This document shows positions 38,682 to 47,146 of a stretch of 64,000 nt of DNA, in pieces; positions within the stretch are counted from its first letter, which is position 1, and every line of letters starts with the position of its first letter. The notes under the pieces were generated by a model that was not told where the DNA came from, searched no databases, and worked only from the letters and a program-made list of their open reading frames with translations. The translations under genes and the position numbers were made by a program. The stretch comes from Candidatus Multivoradales bacterium (GTDB lineage: Bacteria > Acidobacteriota > Thermoanaerobaculia > Multivoradales > JAHEKO01), in contig CBDCXM010000009.1 of the NCBI GenBank assembly GCA_965223855.1, positions 2,592,001-2,656,000 of the forward strand, written 5' to 3'.

Positions 38682-39827
38682 ATGAAGACGAAGATTCGAT
38701 CGACCGGGGAGGAGCGCACGATCACGCGGCGTGGGCTGCTCGGTGGTGTCGGCGGCGGAGTGGCACTCGCCGCTGCCGCGACCGTGGCGGCACCGGCCGT
38801 GCGGCGAGCCGGACAGAGTCCCGTGGTGGTGGCCTCGGCCAATGGGCATCGTTATCGCAACGGAGGATCGACGACCTGCGTCGAAGAGGCATTCCGCCTC
38901 CTCGTAGACGGGGGCGACCCGCTCGAGGCGGTGGTGGCGGGAGTCGAGATCGTCGAACTCGATCCCGAGGACTCGAGCGTCGGCTACGGCGGTCTTCCGA
39001 ACGCTGACGGCGTCGTCCAGCTCGACGCCTGCTGCATGGACGGAGCGAGCCGGCGCGCCGGGGGAGTGGCGGCGCTCGAGGGAGTACGGACCCCGGCACG
39101 GGTCGCCATGGCGGTAGCCGAGCAGACCGACCATCACCTGCTGGTGGGCCCCGGGGCTCGGCGCTTCGCCCGGAATCTCGGGTTCGAGGTCGAGGACGAC
39201 CTCAACACCGATCACTCTCGCTCGCGCTGGCTCGAGTGGAAACGCCGCACCGATCCGCTTCACTATCTCGACCCGGAGGCGAGGGAGATCGCGTTCGACT
39301 CGGTGCGCCGCGAGATGGTTCGGGAGGGGCGGATCGACGGCGAGCATGTCTACGGCACCATTCACTGCTCGGCTGTCGATGGGACGGGCCGGGTGGCCGG
39401 AGTCACGACGACGAGCGGCCTGGCGTGGAAGATCCCGGGCAGGGTGGGCGACTCACCGATCCTGGGTGCCGGGCTCTATGTCGACGGAGACGTGGGCGCC
39501 GCCGGCTCGACCGGGCGCGGCGAGGCCAACCTCTACTCGCTGGCGAGCTTCCTGATCGTCGAGGAGATGCGGCGCGGTGCCGGCCCCAGGGATGCCGGCA
39601 TGGAGGCGTTGCGCAGAATCGCCGGCAACACGATCGAGAAGCGGTTGCTCACAAAGGACGGTCGCCCGTCCTTCAACCTCAAGTTCTATGTGCTCGGTCG
39701 CGCCGGCGAGCACGCCGGGGTGTCGATGTGGGCCGGTGAGCGGCAGCAGTATGCAGTCTGCACGGAGAACGGAGGAGAGATCCTGATGTGCGACTCACTC
39801 TTCGGAGAGCGGCCCGAGGAGGACTGA
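38682..39827 (+). CDS. N(4)-(beta-N-acetylglucosaminyl)-L-asparaginase / isoaspartyl peptidase (Ntn hydrolase), Tat-exported
   Basis: Tat motif TRRGLLG; SVGYGGLPN, LDACCMDG, YGTIH (nucleophile Thr), KIPGRVGDSPILGAG and STGRGE. Confidence 0.9.
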   Translation: MKTKIRSTGEERTITRRGLLGGVGGGVALAAAATVAAPAVRRAGQSPVVVASANGHRYRNGGSTTCVEEAFRLLVDGGDPLEAVVAGVEIVELDPEDSSVGYGGLPNADGVVQLDACCMDGASRRAGGVAALEGVRTPARVAMAVAEQTDHHLLVGPGARRFARNLGFEVEDDLNTDHSRSRWLEWKRRTDPLHYLDPEAREIAFDSVRREMVREGRIDGEHVYGTIHCSAVDGTGRVAGVTTTSGLAWKIPGRVGDSPILGAGLYVDGDVGAAGSTGRGEANLYSLASFLIVEEMRRGAGPRDAGMEALRRIAGNTIEKRLLTKDGRPSFNLKFYVLGRAGEHAGVSMWAGERQQYAVCTENGGEILMCDSLFGERPEED

Positions 39828-39918
39828 GCCACCTGGAGGGCCGAGGCCCCTCCCGTGAGAGCAGGACGAGCTGAGGCTCGGGCTCGCACGGGTCAGTCCC
39901 CCGGGTCAGTCGGCCAGG

Positions 39919-41610
39919 TCAGTCGGCCGGCGAGTCGCCGTCACGTTCCCGAAAAGCGAAGAAGCGTCCCCAGCACGAAGCGAGCTCGACCCCGCGAGGC
40001 AGGAGAGCGGCGATGTAGTAGCGCCCGGTCTCGGCCTCGGCGATCGCGCCACCCAGGTTCTCGGCGTGGACGATGCCCTTCGGGAAGAGGTTGAGGTGCA
40101 TGTCCTGGTAGTACTGGTCCTGTGGGTAGACCTCGTCCCAGCCTTTGCCGTACTGCTCGCGCAGCTTGGCTTCGGCGACGGCGAAGGTGCCCGGGTGGAT
40201 CTGCCGCTGGATGGTGTTCATCGGGTGCTCCATCGCCACGCAGTCGATCCCCAGCCACTTGATCTTCCGCTCGAGGCACCACTGGGCGAAGTCGGGTGAC
40301 GGGCCGGGGTGCTGGATCATGTAGCGGAACTCGTCCGAGTCGACGCTGTTCCAGCCGAAGCGGTGCCAGCCGGTCTTGAGCAGCAGGATGTCCCCTTCCC
40401 GCACGTCGATACGCCGCTCGATCATCTCGGGTGTGTAGACGCTGGAGTCGCTGACGTCCTCGGAGATGTCCACGATGACGCCCGGGCCGTGCCAGGATTC
40501 GAGTGGCACCTCGCCGATGGTGCGACCGGCCGCCCAGAAGTGCTTCTCGCCGTCCATGTGGGTCGCGAGGTGGAAGCTCGCCCGGCAGTGGGCGTTGTTG
40601 CGGCCGAGACCGAGATCCTGGCCGCCGACCCGCTTGGTGTACTTGATCGATAGCGGCTCGTAGTTGGCCCACTGCGGCGTCTGGACGCTGAAGGGGAGAG
40701 TGAGGTCGAGCAGTTCGATCTCGTTCGCCGCGTCGTCGAAGTCGTCCTGCGCGGAGGCGTCGGGAGCGGTGAGCGCGACCGGGCGCATCCAGGAGGATTC
40801 GACCTCCATGAAGGGCAGCGGGGGGAGGCAGAACCAGGCCCGGCGGCCGAGGAGCCTGGGCAGGTCGCCGCCCAGGGATTCCGCCAGCAGGAGCCCCGAC
40901 TTCGGCAGCCGGCGATGGGTCATGGCGTAGTAGTCGCTCGGCGGGAAGAGCTCGTCCCATCGCTTGCCGAAGCGCTCCATGGCGAGCCGCTCCGCCTTCT
41001 CGAACTCCCGCGGGTGCATGCGCCTCAGGCTCGTGTTCATCGGGTGCTCCGCCGAGCCGCAGTCGACGGCGACCACCTTGAGCCGGCGCTCGAGGGCCCA
41101 CTCGAAGAAGTCGGGGGAGGGGCCCGGATGCCGGAGATAGAAGCCGAACTCCTTGTTCTCGACGCCGCCCTGGGCCTCCGGGTTGGCGACGTCCGGCTGG
41201 TCCCAGCCGTAGCGGGCGTAGCCCGTGTGCACCACGAGGATGTCGCCGTCCCGTATCTCGGCGCGCGAGGCGATGGTCTCAGGGTCGTAGAAGCCATAGT
41301 CCTCGACGACATCGGAGACATCGACGACGACGCCTGGTCCCGTGAAGGCTGAGAGCGGCAGGTCGGCCAGCGCCGAGGCGCCCGAGTGGAACGCCCGCGG
41401 TCCGACGAGATGGGTGCCGGTGTTATTGCTCCATTCGATCAACTGCCCGTTGGCCCCCTGGCCGCCTCCCCAGGAGCCGGTCAGTCGCTTGAAGAAGTGC
41501 ACCTGAAGGGGCATCTCGCCGGGGTACGGCGGCGTGAAGAGCGAGAGCGGCTGAGCGAGGTCGTGCCACTCGGCGGACGAGAGAAGGTCGAGGACCTGCT
41601 TGCGGTTCAT
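39919..41610 (-). CDS. Tandem-domain cyclase / kynurenine formamidase family protein
   Basis: ATG 41610 after ACAGGAG. Two repeats each carry GPGVxVDxS, xxGDIL, HPGPSPDF and EHPMNT; motifs NTGTHLVG and HLATHMDG. Confidence 0.85.
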   Translation of the reverse strand: MNRKQVLDLLSSAEWHDLAQPLSLFTPPYPGEMPLQVHFFKRLTGSWGGGQGANGQLIEWSNNTGTHLVGPRAFHSGASALADLPLSAFTGPGVVVDVSDVVEDYGFYDPETIASRAEIRDGDILVVHTGYARYGWDQPDVANPEAQGGVENKEFGFYLRHPGPSPDFFEWALERRLKVVAVDCGSAEHPMNTSLRRMHPREFEKAERLAMERFGKRWDELFPPSDYYAMTHRRLPKSGLLLAESLGGDLPRLLGRRAWFCLPPLPFMEVESSWMRPVALTAPDASAQDDFDDAANEIELLDLTLPFSVQTPQWANYEPLSIKYTKRVGGQDLGLGRNNAHCRASFHLATHMDGEKHFWAAGRTIGEVPLESWHGPGVIVDISEDVSDSSVYTPEMIERRIDVREGDILLLKTGWHRFGWNSVDSDEFRYMIQHPGPSPDFAQWCLERKIKWLGIDCVAMEHPMNTIQRQIHPGTFAVAEAKLREQYGKGWDEVYPQDQYYQDMHLNLFPKGIVHAENLGGAIAEAETGRYYIAALLPRGVELASCWGRFFAFRERDGDSPAD

Positions 41611-41732
41611 GCGGATGTCTCCTGTTGTGGTGCGGCGCTGCCAGTGTCGGATTCTAGTCGGCGGCGGACCGGTCATCGGGGCCGGGCTTTCGGGCGGGCG
41701 TGCGGAGTCGGCCTCCGGGCTAGGATGGCGCG

Positions 41733-41900
41733 ATGAACGAGAAACTCTCGGGTGATGCCGCGCAGATCGAGGCGCTGATTGCCAGCGACGACAGTCCCGT
41801 CGGTATCGATGCGAAGAAGACTCACGTCCTGATCCTGCAGAAGCTGATCGCGATCGAATCGCGGCTGGAGCGGCTCGAGCGGCAGATCGCAGCGAGGTAG
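41733..41900 (+). CDS. Small hypothetical protein (55 aa, C-terminal coiled coil)
   Basis: Below the ORF-track cutoff: MNEKLSGDAAQIEALIASDDSPVGIDAKKTHVLILQKLIAIESRLERLERQIAAR. Host-like codon usage; fills an intergenic gap. Confidence 0.65.
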   Translation: MNEKLSGDAAQIEALIASDDSPVGIDAKKTHVLILQKLIAIESRLERLERQIAAR

Positions 41901-41929
41901 AGGCGATCGGGGCCGGGCGCTCGGGGCGG

Positions 41930-42667
41930 TCAGCTCGCCGGGCGAGCGGGCGCTTTGGAGAGCCGCCGGACGATCTCGAGGATCGCCTGCGGAGTCTCGG
42001 CGACGTGATCAGGGGCATGCCGCCATCGGTGCGGTGCTGCGTCGCCGTACTCGGCGCCGATGCTGACGACTTGCCAGGGAGTTCCTCTGCGGCCGAGCCA
42101 CGCCCGTGCGCGACGCACGCATTCGACGTCGACCGGATGATCGCCGATGTAGACGACGGTGCCGGACGGCTCGTCCCCCAGGCTCGCGGCGCAGTCGAGC
42201 AGACCATGAGGTTCCGGCTTCTGGTGCTCGAACGGAAGATCCTCGTCGGCGACGATGTGCTCGAAATGACCGAGTACCCCGGAGGCCTCGAGCGCGCGCT
42301 CGATGTTCTCGCGGCCGTTCTGCGAGACGATTCCCTGGCGAATCGTGCCGAGTGCTTCGAGGACCGCCGGAATGCCGTCGAAGAGTGGGGGAGGGATGCG
42401 GTCGCCACGGTGCAGCTCGGTCCACAGATCTGCCGCCTCGTGGGTGCTCTCGATCGGAAGGTCGAAGTGCTCCACGTAGAGCCGCCGCCAGTTGGCGGAG
42501 CGGTGAACGGCGTCGCCGTAGACCTCGACATCGGCCAGAGCGGGGACGCTCGTCCAACAGCGATCGGTCAGGGTCTCGAAGATCTGACGGGTGATCTCGA
42601 GGTTGCGGCTGCGGGTGTCGGCGAGGGTGCCGTCGAAGTCCCACACCACCGCCGTGACTCCTGGCAT
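41930..42667 (-). CDS. HAD family hydrolase
   Basis: WDFDGTLAD, GIVSQN, QKPEP and YIGDHPVD motifs. Confidence 0.9.
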   Translation of the reverse strand: MPGVTAVVWDFDGTLADTRSRNLEITRQIFETLTDRCWTSVPALADVEVYGDAVHRSANWRRLYVEHFDLPIESTHEAADLWTELHRGDRIPPPLFDGIPAVLEALGTIRQGIVSQNGRENIERALEASGVLGHFEHIVADEDLPFEHQKPEPHGLLDCAASLGDEPSGTVVYIGDHPVDVECVRRARAWLGRRGTPWQVVSIGAEYGDAAPHRWRHAPDHVAETPQAILEIVRRLSKAPARPAS

Positions 42668-42690
42668 CGCTCTCACCCCAGGGCTCCGGT

Positions 42691-43134
42691 TCAGTCGTCG
42701 CTCGGCGGCAGATAGTGGAACCATACGCGGGTCGGCCCACCGGCCTGACTGCTTCCGACCGCGATCGTCCGGCGCGCGGAGCGTCGCGGCGGGTCGTAGT
42801 TCGGATCGGGCTCGACGACGATGGCGTCGCCGGTATCGAGCTGCTTCAGATAGTCCGCCAGTCGATCCGCGTCCGCACCGGTGAGCTCGAAGCGTACTCC
42901 GACGCCGACACCGGGGTCCGTCCATTGCACGACTGCCCTGCCGCTGATCGAGCCGTGAGTTTCCAGGGGAAGCTCAAACCGGAAACCGTCCCCGGGCTGG
43001 AGCCCGGTCAGAATCGCAACGAACGCCCCGGTTCGCGACAGATTGCTGATCGGCGCCCGGCTCGACCCGAGCAGCATCTCCGCGGTCTGCGCCGTGCGGG
43101 AACTCGCTCGCCGCTCCTGCGGCGCGTCGGTCAT
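42691..43134 (-). CDS. PilZ domain-containing protein
   Basis: ERRASSR (RxxxR), NLSRTGAF (D/NxSxxG) and GVGVRF. Confidence 0.8.
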   Translation of the reverse strand: MTDAPQERRASSRTAQTAEMLLGSSRAPISNLSRTGAFVAILTGLQPGDGFRFELPLETHGSISGRAVVQWTDPGVGVGVRFELTGADADRLADYLKQLDTGDAIVVEPDPNYDPPRRSARRTIAVGSSQAGGPTRVWFHYLPPSDD

Positions 43135-43193
43135 TCGAAGAATTCTGCCACAGTCGGGCGAGGTCGTCTCGGACAGTGAGCTTCACGGCGCGC

Positions 43194-43316
43194 CATTCGC
43201 CCGGCGCGCGTCATTCACCTGGCACCTGGCTCCGGCACGCCATTCACCCGGCACGCCATTCACCTGGCACCTGGCCACACTGCACTGGGCACGCTCCGGT
43301 CTATTCACCTGGCACC
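43194..43316 (+). repeat. Cluster of ATTCACCTGGCACC REP-like repeats
   Basis: Exact copies at 43213-43226, 43258-43271 and 43303-43316; variants ATTCACCCGGCACG at 43242-43255 and CATTCGCCCGGCGC at 43194-43207. Confidence 0.9.
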
Positions 43317-43451
43317 TCGATGGGTGCACCTGGGGTTGGCGGCCATCCGGGGATCCAGTCGAGAAGGTGCTGTTCCACAGGCTTGACGGCAAGGTCGCGT
43401 ATAGTCTCGTAGCTCGCCTCAGTCTGCTATCTACCTGGAAGGAAACGACCT

Positions 43452-44198
43452 ATGAGTCGATTCTCCCTTCGCTGTGTCTGGCAACGTCCCGTAGGTGCCC
43501 TTGCGCTCCTGGTCTGGCTCGCGGCCGCGCGTGCGACTGCGCAGATCGCGGTCGTACAGAACGACTCCGTCATCGACTTCGGCGCCGCAGTGATTCAGGC
43601 CGGGTTCGCCGCAGACGAGCGGGGAGCCTCCTGGCTGACCTCACCCTGCGATGGGGATCTGATCGCAGTGCGTCTCCTTTGGCTGGACTTCGCCGGCAGT
43701 GGTTCTCAGACCCTCGGTCAGGCGGTGACGATCTCGTCCGAGGGCACGTTCCCTGCTCCGGGCCCGATGCTTGCCGAACTGGTCGGGCCCGTGATGACCG
43801 AAGGCTTCTTCAACGAGTTCGTGCTCACTCCGGCCATCCCTATCGGGCAGGACGAAACCTTCGTGGTGGACTTCAAGTTCCTGACGAGTCCACCTCCGCT
43901 GGGGCCGAGCCTCGTTACGGATGCCGATGGTTGCCAGGCAAGCCGGAACGGTGTTTTTGCGATTCCACCGAGCTCGTGGCTAGATCTGTGTGGCTTTGGA
44001 GTTTCCGGGGATCTGGCGATACGAGCCGTGGTCGCGTGCGGCCCCTCCACGATCTTCGCTGACGGCTTCGAGAGCGGCGACACTTCTGCCTGGTCTACCA
44101 CCGAGCCTTTCGGGACATCTACCTTTCGGGGCCAGTATCCGGTGCTCCGAGTGGATCCGGACCTGCCGCCCTTCTGGCGCTACGCCACGGAAGAGTGA
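43452..44198 (+). CDS. Hypothetical secreted protein with IFADGFESGD motif
   Basis: GAAGGA RBS; signal peptide ending ATA-Q; beta-rich Cys-containing domain; TIFADGFESGDTSAWS near the C-terminus. Confidence 0.75.
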   Translation: MSRFSLRCVWQRPVGALALLVWLAAARATAQIAVVQNDSVIDFGAAVIQAGFAADERGASWLTSPCDGDLIAVRLLWLDFAGSGSQTLGQAVTISSEGTFPAPGPMLAELVGPVMTEGFFNEFVLTPAIPIGQDETFVVDFKFLTSPPPLGPSLVTDADGCQASRNGVFAIPPSSWLDLCGFGVSGDLAIRAVVACGPSTIFADGFESGDTSAWSTTEPFGTSTFRGQYPVLRVDPDLPPFWRYATEE

Positions 44199-44233
44199 AC
44201 GTCGCCGGCCCGACCGAGCGGCTCCTGAGCGCG

Positions 44234-44713
44234 TCAGAACCGGATTCCGAAGGCGATCACCGCCTCGACATCGTCTGCCAGCAGGATCTTTCCCTGCAGG
44301 TAGGGCCGTACTGTCCGGCCTCGCAGGAAGCCCATGCCGGCGAGGAGGTTGACCCCGACGTCCGTATCGTCGGAGCCGCGTCCGTTGTCGGCTGCGACGA
44401 GGGCGATGCCGGCGCCCAGCCACGCGTGAAGGTCGCCCTCCCAGGCCAGATCCTGATGGAAGTCGGCATTGACAGTGACCAGGTCGCCCCGCTCGACGAA
44501 GACGAACTCGGCGTTCGGATTGAAAAACCACTGCGAACCGCCCACGCGCGTGAGCAAGCCAGCTCCGACGAAGCTCTCGCCGATGTCGGCGTAGGCGCCG
44601 GCACGGAAGTCGGCGTCGACCCCCTGGGCGGAGGCGGCGAGCGGGAAGAAGATCACGGCTGCGGTGAGACCGAGTAGAGAGAGCACTCGGCTCGAGGTTG
44701 CGTGGGTCATCAT
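44234..44713 (-). CDS. Small outer-membrane beta-barrel protein
   Basis: AGGAGG RBS; signal peptide ending ASA-Q; amphipathic strands; terminal FGIRF (BAM beta-signal). Confidence 0.75.
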   Translation of the reverse strand: MMTHATSSRVLSLLGLTAAVIFFPLAASAQGVDADFRAGAYADIGESFVGAGLLTRVGGSQWFFNPNAEFVFVERGDLVTVNADFHQDLAWEGDLHAWLGAGIALVAADNGRGSDDTDVGVNLLAGMGFLRGRTVRPYLQGKILLADDVEAVIAFGIRF

Positions 44714-44940
44714 GGTCCTCCTGGATCCAAATCAGCGCCGTCGGGCGCGGGTTCAAAGGAGCGGGACCCTGCTCGGGCCGCTCACGAATGGGTGGTGCGC
44801 AATCGCTATGCCATCGGCGGACCTTTCCGCCGAACAGCCTTGCGGCAAGCTGCAGCTCGCCCTCCCTGCCTTCCCCTTGTCCGGTCTCAAACCTGCTCGC
44901 CTTCGGGGAGTTTTGCCCCTCCACCCGGGCATCGCGCCCT

Positions 44941-45004
44941 TCACGCTCACGCTCGGGTGCTCACGCTCGGGTGCCCCTCACGCTCGGGTGCCAGGTGAAT
45001 GGCG
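44941..45004. repeat. Three CTCACGCTCGGGTGC tandem units ending in the inverted REP-like copy GGTGCCAGGTGAATGGCG
   Basis: 44987-45004 is the exact reverse complement of 43254-43271 (18 bp). Confidence 0.85.
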
Positions 45005-45099
45005 GGCGGGAGGATCGCGCCCGTCGAGGGAAACGGGCCTCTGAGGCTTAGCGCGACAGGTGCAAGATCGCGAGGCTGGCCTGCGTCTGAGCTTTCGAG

Positions 45100-46014
45100 A
45101 TGTCTAGAAAGCTTCGCTACCTGCCCAAAGAGGCCCTCGTCGAGATCACAGTCCGCACACAACATGGGCGTTACTTGCTACGCCCATCTGCGAAGCTCCG
45201 CGATCGCGTCGTCGGCATTCTGGCCCGTGCGCAGTCCATGACGGGGATGCGCGTTTGCGGCTTCGTCTACCTGTCGAATCATGCTCATCTGCTCTTGCAT
45301 CCGACGGACGTCCGGCAGATGGCGAGATTCATGGCCTACGTCAACTCCAACGTCGCTCGTGAGGCCGGACGACTGCACGCGTGGAGGGAGCGTTTCTGGG
45401 GCCGACGCTATTCCGACGTGGTGGTTAGCGAAGAGCCGGAGGACCAGGAACACCGTCTGCGTTATCTGCTGGCTCAAGGAGTCAAGGAGAGACTCGTGGC
45501 CTCACCACGTCATTGGCCCGGCGCCACAAGTACGCCTGCGCTCCTGTCCGGCGACCCCTTGGAGGGCGAATGGGTCGATCGCTCGGAGCAATACCGCACC
45601 GGGCGGCGGGGTGAGCCGAGTCCATCGAGGCTCTTTCTTTCCAAGCATCGTCTGGAGCTCTCGCCGATTCCGTGCTGGGCAGGACTCAGGCAAGTCGAAC
45701 GCTGTCGGAGGATTCGGGAGATCGTCAGAGACATAGAGGACGAGCACGAGGCCACAGGCAAGCCGGTTCTCGGGCGAGAGGCACTTCTAGCCCAGGACCC
45801 GCACGACCGGCCGGAGCACTTCGAGCGTCGTCCTGCCCCTCGGTTCCACGCTGCAGATCGGCAGAAGCGCAAGGCACTCGAGGAGGCCTACCGGTGGTTT
45901 GTGCTCGAGTATCGGCAGCGGTCGAAGGACTTCAGACGCGGTTTGACGGTGACGTTCCCCGAGGGTTGCTTCCGGCCGGTGAGCTACCAACCGATCCTGA
46001 CCAGAGCCGGCTAG
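45100..46014 (+). mobile_element. REP-associated tyrosine transposase-like (HUH/Y1, IS200/IS605 superfamily)
   Basis: EITVRT, LSNHAHLLL (HUH), FWGRRYS, RLRYLLAQGVKERLV (catalytic Tyr) and WPG motifs; flanked by inverted repeats. Confidence 0.85.
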
Positions 46015-46234
46015 CTCGACAGCCTGAGCCTCCATGCCTGGCCGACGGCGCTTCTGCGTCGGTGGCAGGAGTTTGTATGGGCGACCAGTCGACTTCCCCT
46101 GCGCTAGTGGGATTGGGAGTCGAATGTGGTCCCGGACGGCTCCTGATCTTCGTCTCAGGTGCCGCGACCTCGCTGATCGACAGAATCGACCGATTTCCGG
46201 GAACCCGCGGCACGAAAGCAGGGTCCCCCAAACG

Positions 46235-46248
46235 ATTCACCTGGCACC
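46235..46248 (+). repeat. ATTCACCTGGCACC copy downstream of the transposase
   Basis: Exact copy; inverted relative to 44987-45000. Confidence 0.9.
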
Positions 46249-46276
46249 TTCGGGGGGCGACCCACTGAGGACGTGA

Positions 46277-47095
46277 CTATTCGGCTGGCACCCTGGTAAG
46301 GGCTGGTTGTTGGTAGAGCGTGCCGTCTTCCAGCCTTGCTGCGGTGAGCTGGCCGCCCCAGGCGCAGCCGGTGTCGAGGGCTACGAGTCCCTTTTGCTGA
46401 CGAAGGCCGAGGGCTGCCCAGTGGCCGCAGACGATGGTGAGCTTTCGGGTTCGGCGTCGGGGGACGGCGAACCAGGGTGTACAGCCGTTCGGTGCCGACT
46501 CGGGGGGGCCGCTGTAGTTGCAGGGGAGCCCGTTGGGGCGGAGCGTCCGTAGGCGGGTGAGGGCGCGGAGAGCTTCGCTCGATCTGGTGTGCTTCGCCGG
46601 CTTGCCTTTGGGCCGTCGCAGGCCGAGGAGGACTGCCAGCGCGTCGGGGTCGCCGGAGCGCAGCTTGCGCTCCGCCCGTTCGGCGAGGTCCGTCGCCTTG
46701 TCGATCGACCAGCCGGGCATCAATCCGGCGTGGAGGAGGACGACCTTCTTGCGCCGGTAGAGGAGCGGCCGCTCACGCAGCCACCGCAGGAGCCGCTTGC
46801 GATCGTCGGCGGCGAGCACGGCGTCGAAGGTGTCGTTGGCTTGAGGCCGTCGCAGGCCTGCCGCGGTCGCCAGCAGGTGGAGATCGTGGTTGCCCAGCAC
46901 GACCTGGAAGCGCTTGCCCATCTTCTTCGAACGCTTGCGCGCCCAGCGCAGCACCTCGAGCGATTGCGGGCCGCGATTGACCAGGTCGCCCACCAGCCAC
47001 AACCGGTCGCGGTCGGAGTCGAAGGGCAGCTTCTTGAGCAGCCGTTTCAGCTCGCGGTAGCAGCCGTGAACGTCGCCGATCGCGTAGGTCGCCAC
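46277..47095 (-). CDS. apaH: Symmetrical bis(5'-nucleosyl)-tetraphosphatase
   Basis: YAIGDVHGC, GDLVNRGPQSL, LGNHDLHLL, GHWAALG and LDTGCAWGG motifs. Confidence 0.95.
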   Translation of the reverse strand: MATYAIGDVHGCYRELKRLLKKLPFDSDRDRLWLVGDLVNRGPQSLEVLRWARKRSKKMGKRFQVVLGNHDLHLLATAAGLRRPQANDTFDAVLAADDRKRLLRWLRERPLLYRRKKVVLLHAGLMPGWSIDKATDLAERAERKLRSGDPDALAVLLGLRRPKGKPAKHTRSSEALRALTRLRTLRPNGLPCNYSGPPESAPNGCTPWFAVPRRRTRKLTIVCGHWAALGLRQQKGLVALDTGCAWGGQLTAARLEDGTLYQQPALTRVPAE

Positions 47096-47146
47096 CGGCG
47101 GACTATGCCTGATCGCGGCCGTCGATCCAACCCGCCGCGGTACGCG

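Noticed and set aside
39891-39924. GGTCAGTC repeated three times with a 13-bp period at the cyclase stop codon
   Set aside because: Most simply a slippage duplication of the gene end between convergent genes; no evidence of function.
39919-42531. ORF-track 870-aa cyclase, and similarly extended ORFs for the AKR, MlaF, MlaE and ATP-grasp genes
   Set aside because: The upstream extensions overlap other real genes and are low-complexity; internal starts with RBS or stop/start coupling fit better.
43194-43316. Repeat cluster considered as a mini-CRISPR array
   Set aside because: Repeats are only 14 bp, spacing is irregular (16-45 bp), there are no cas genes, and inverted copies flank a transposase instead.
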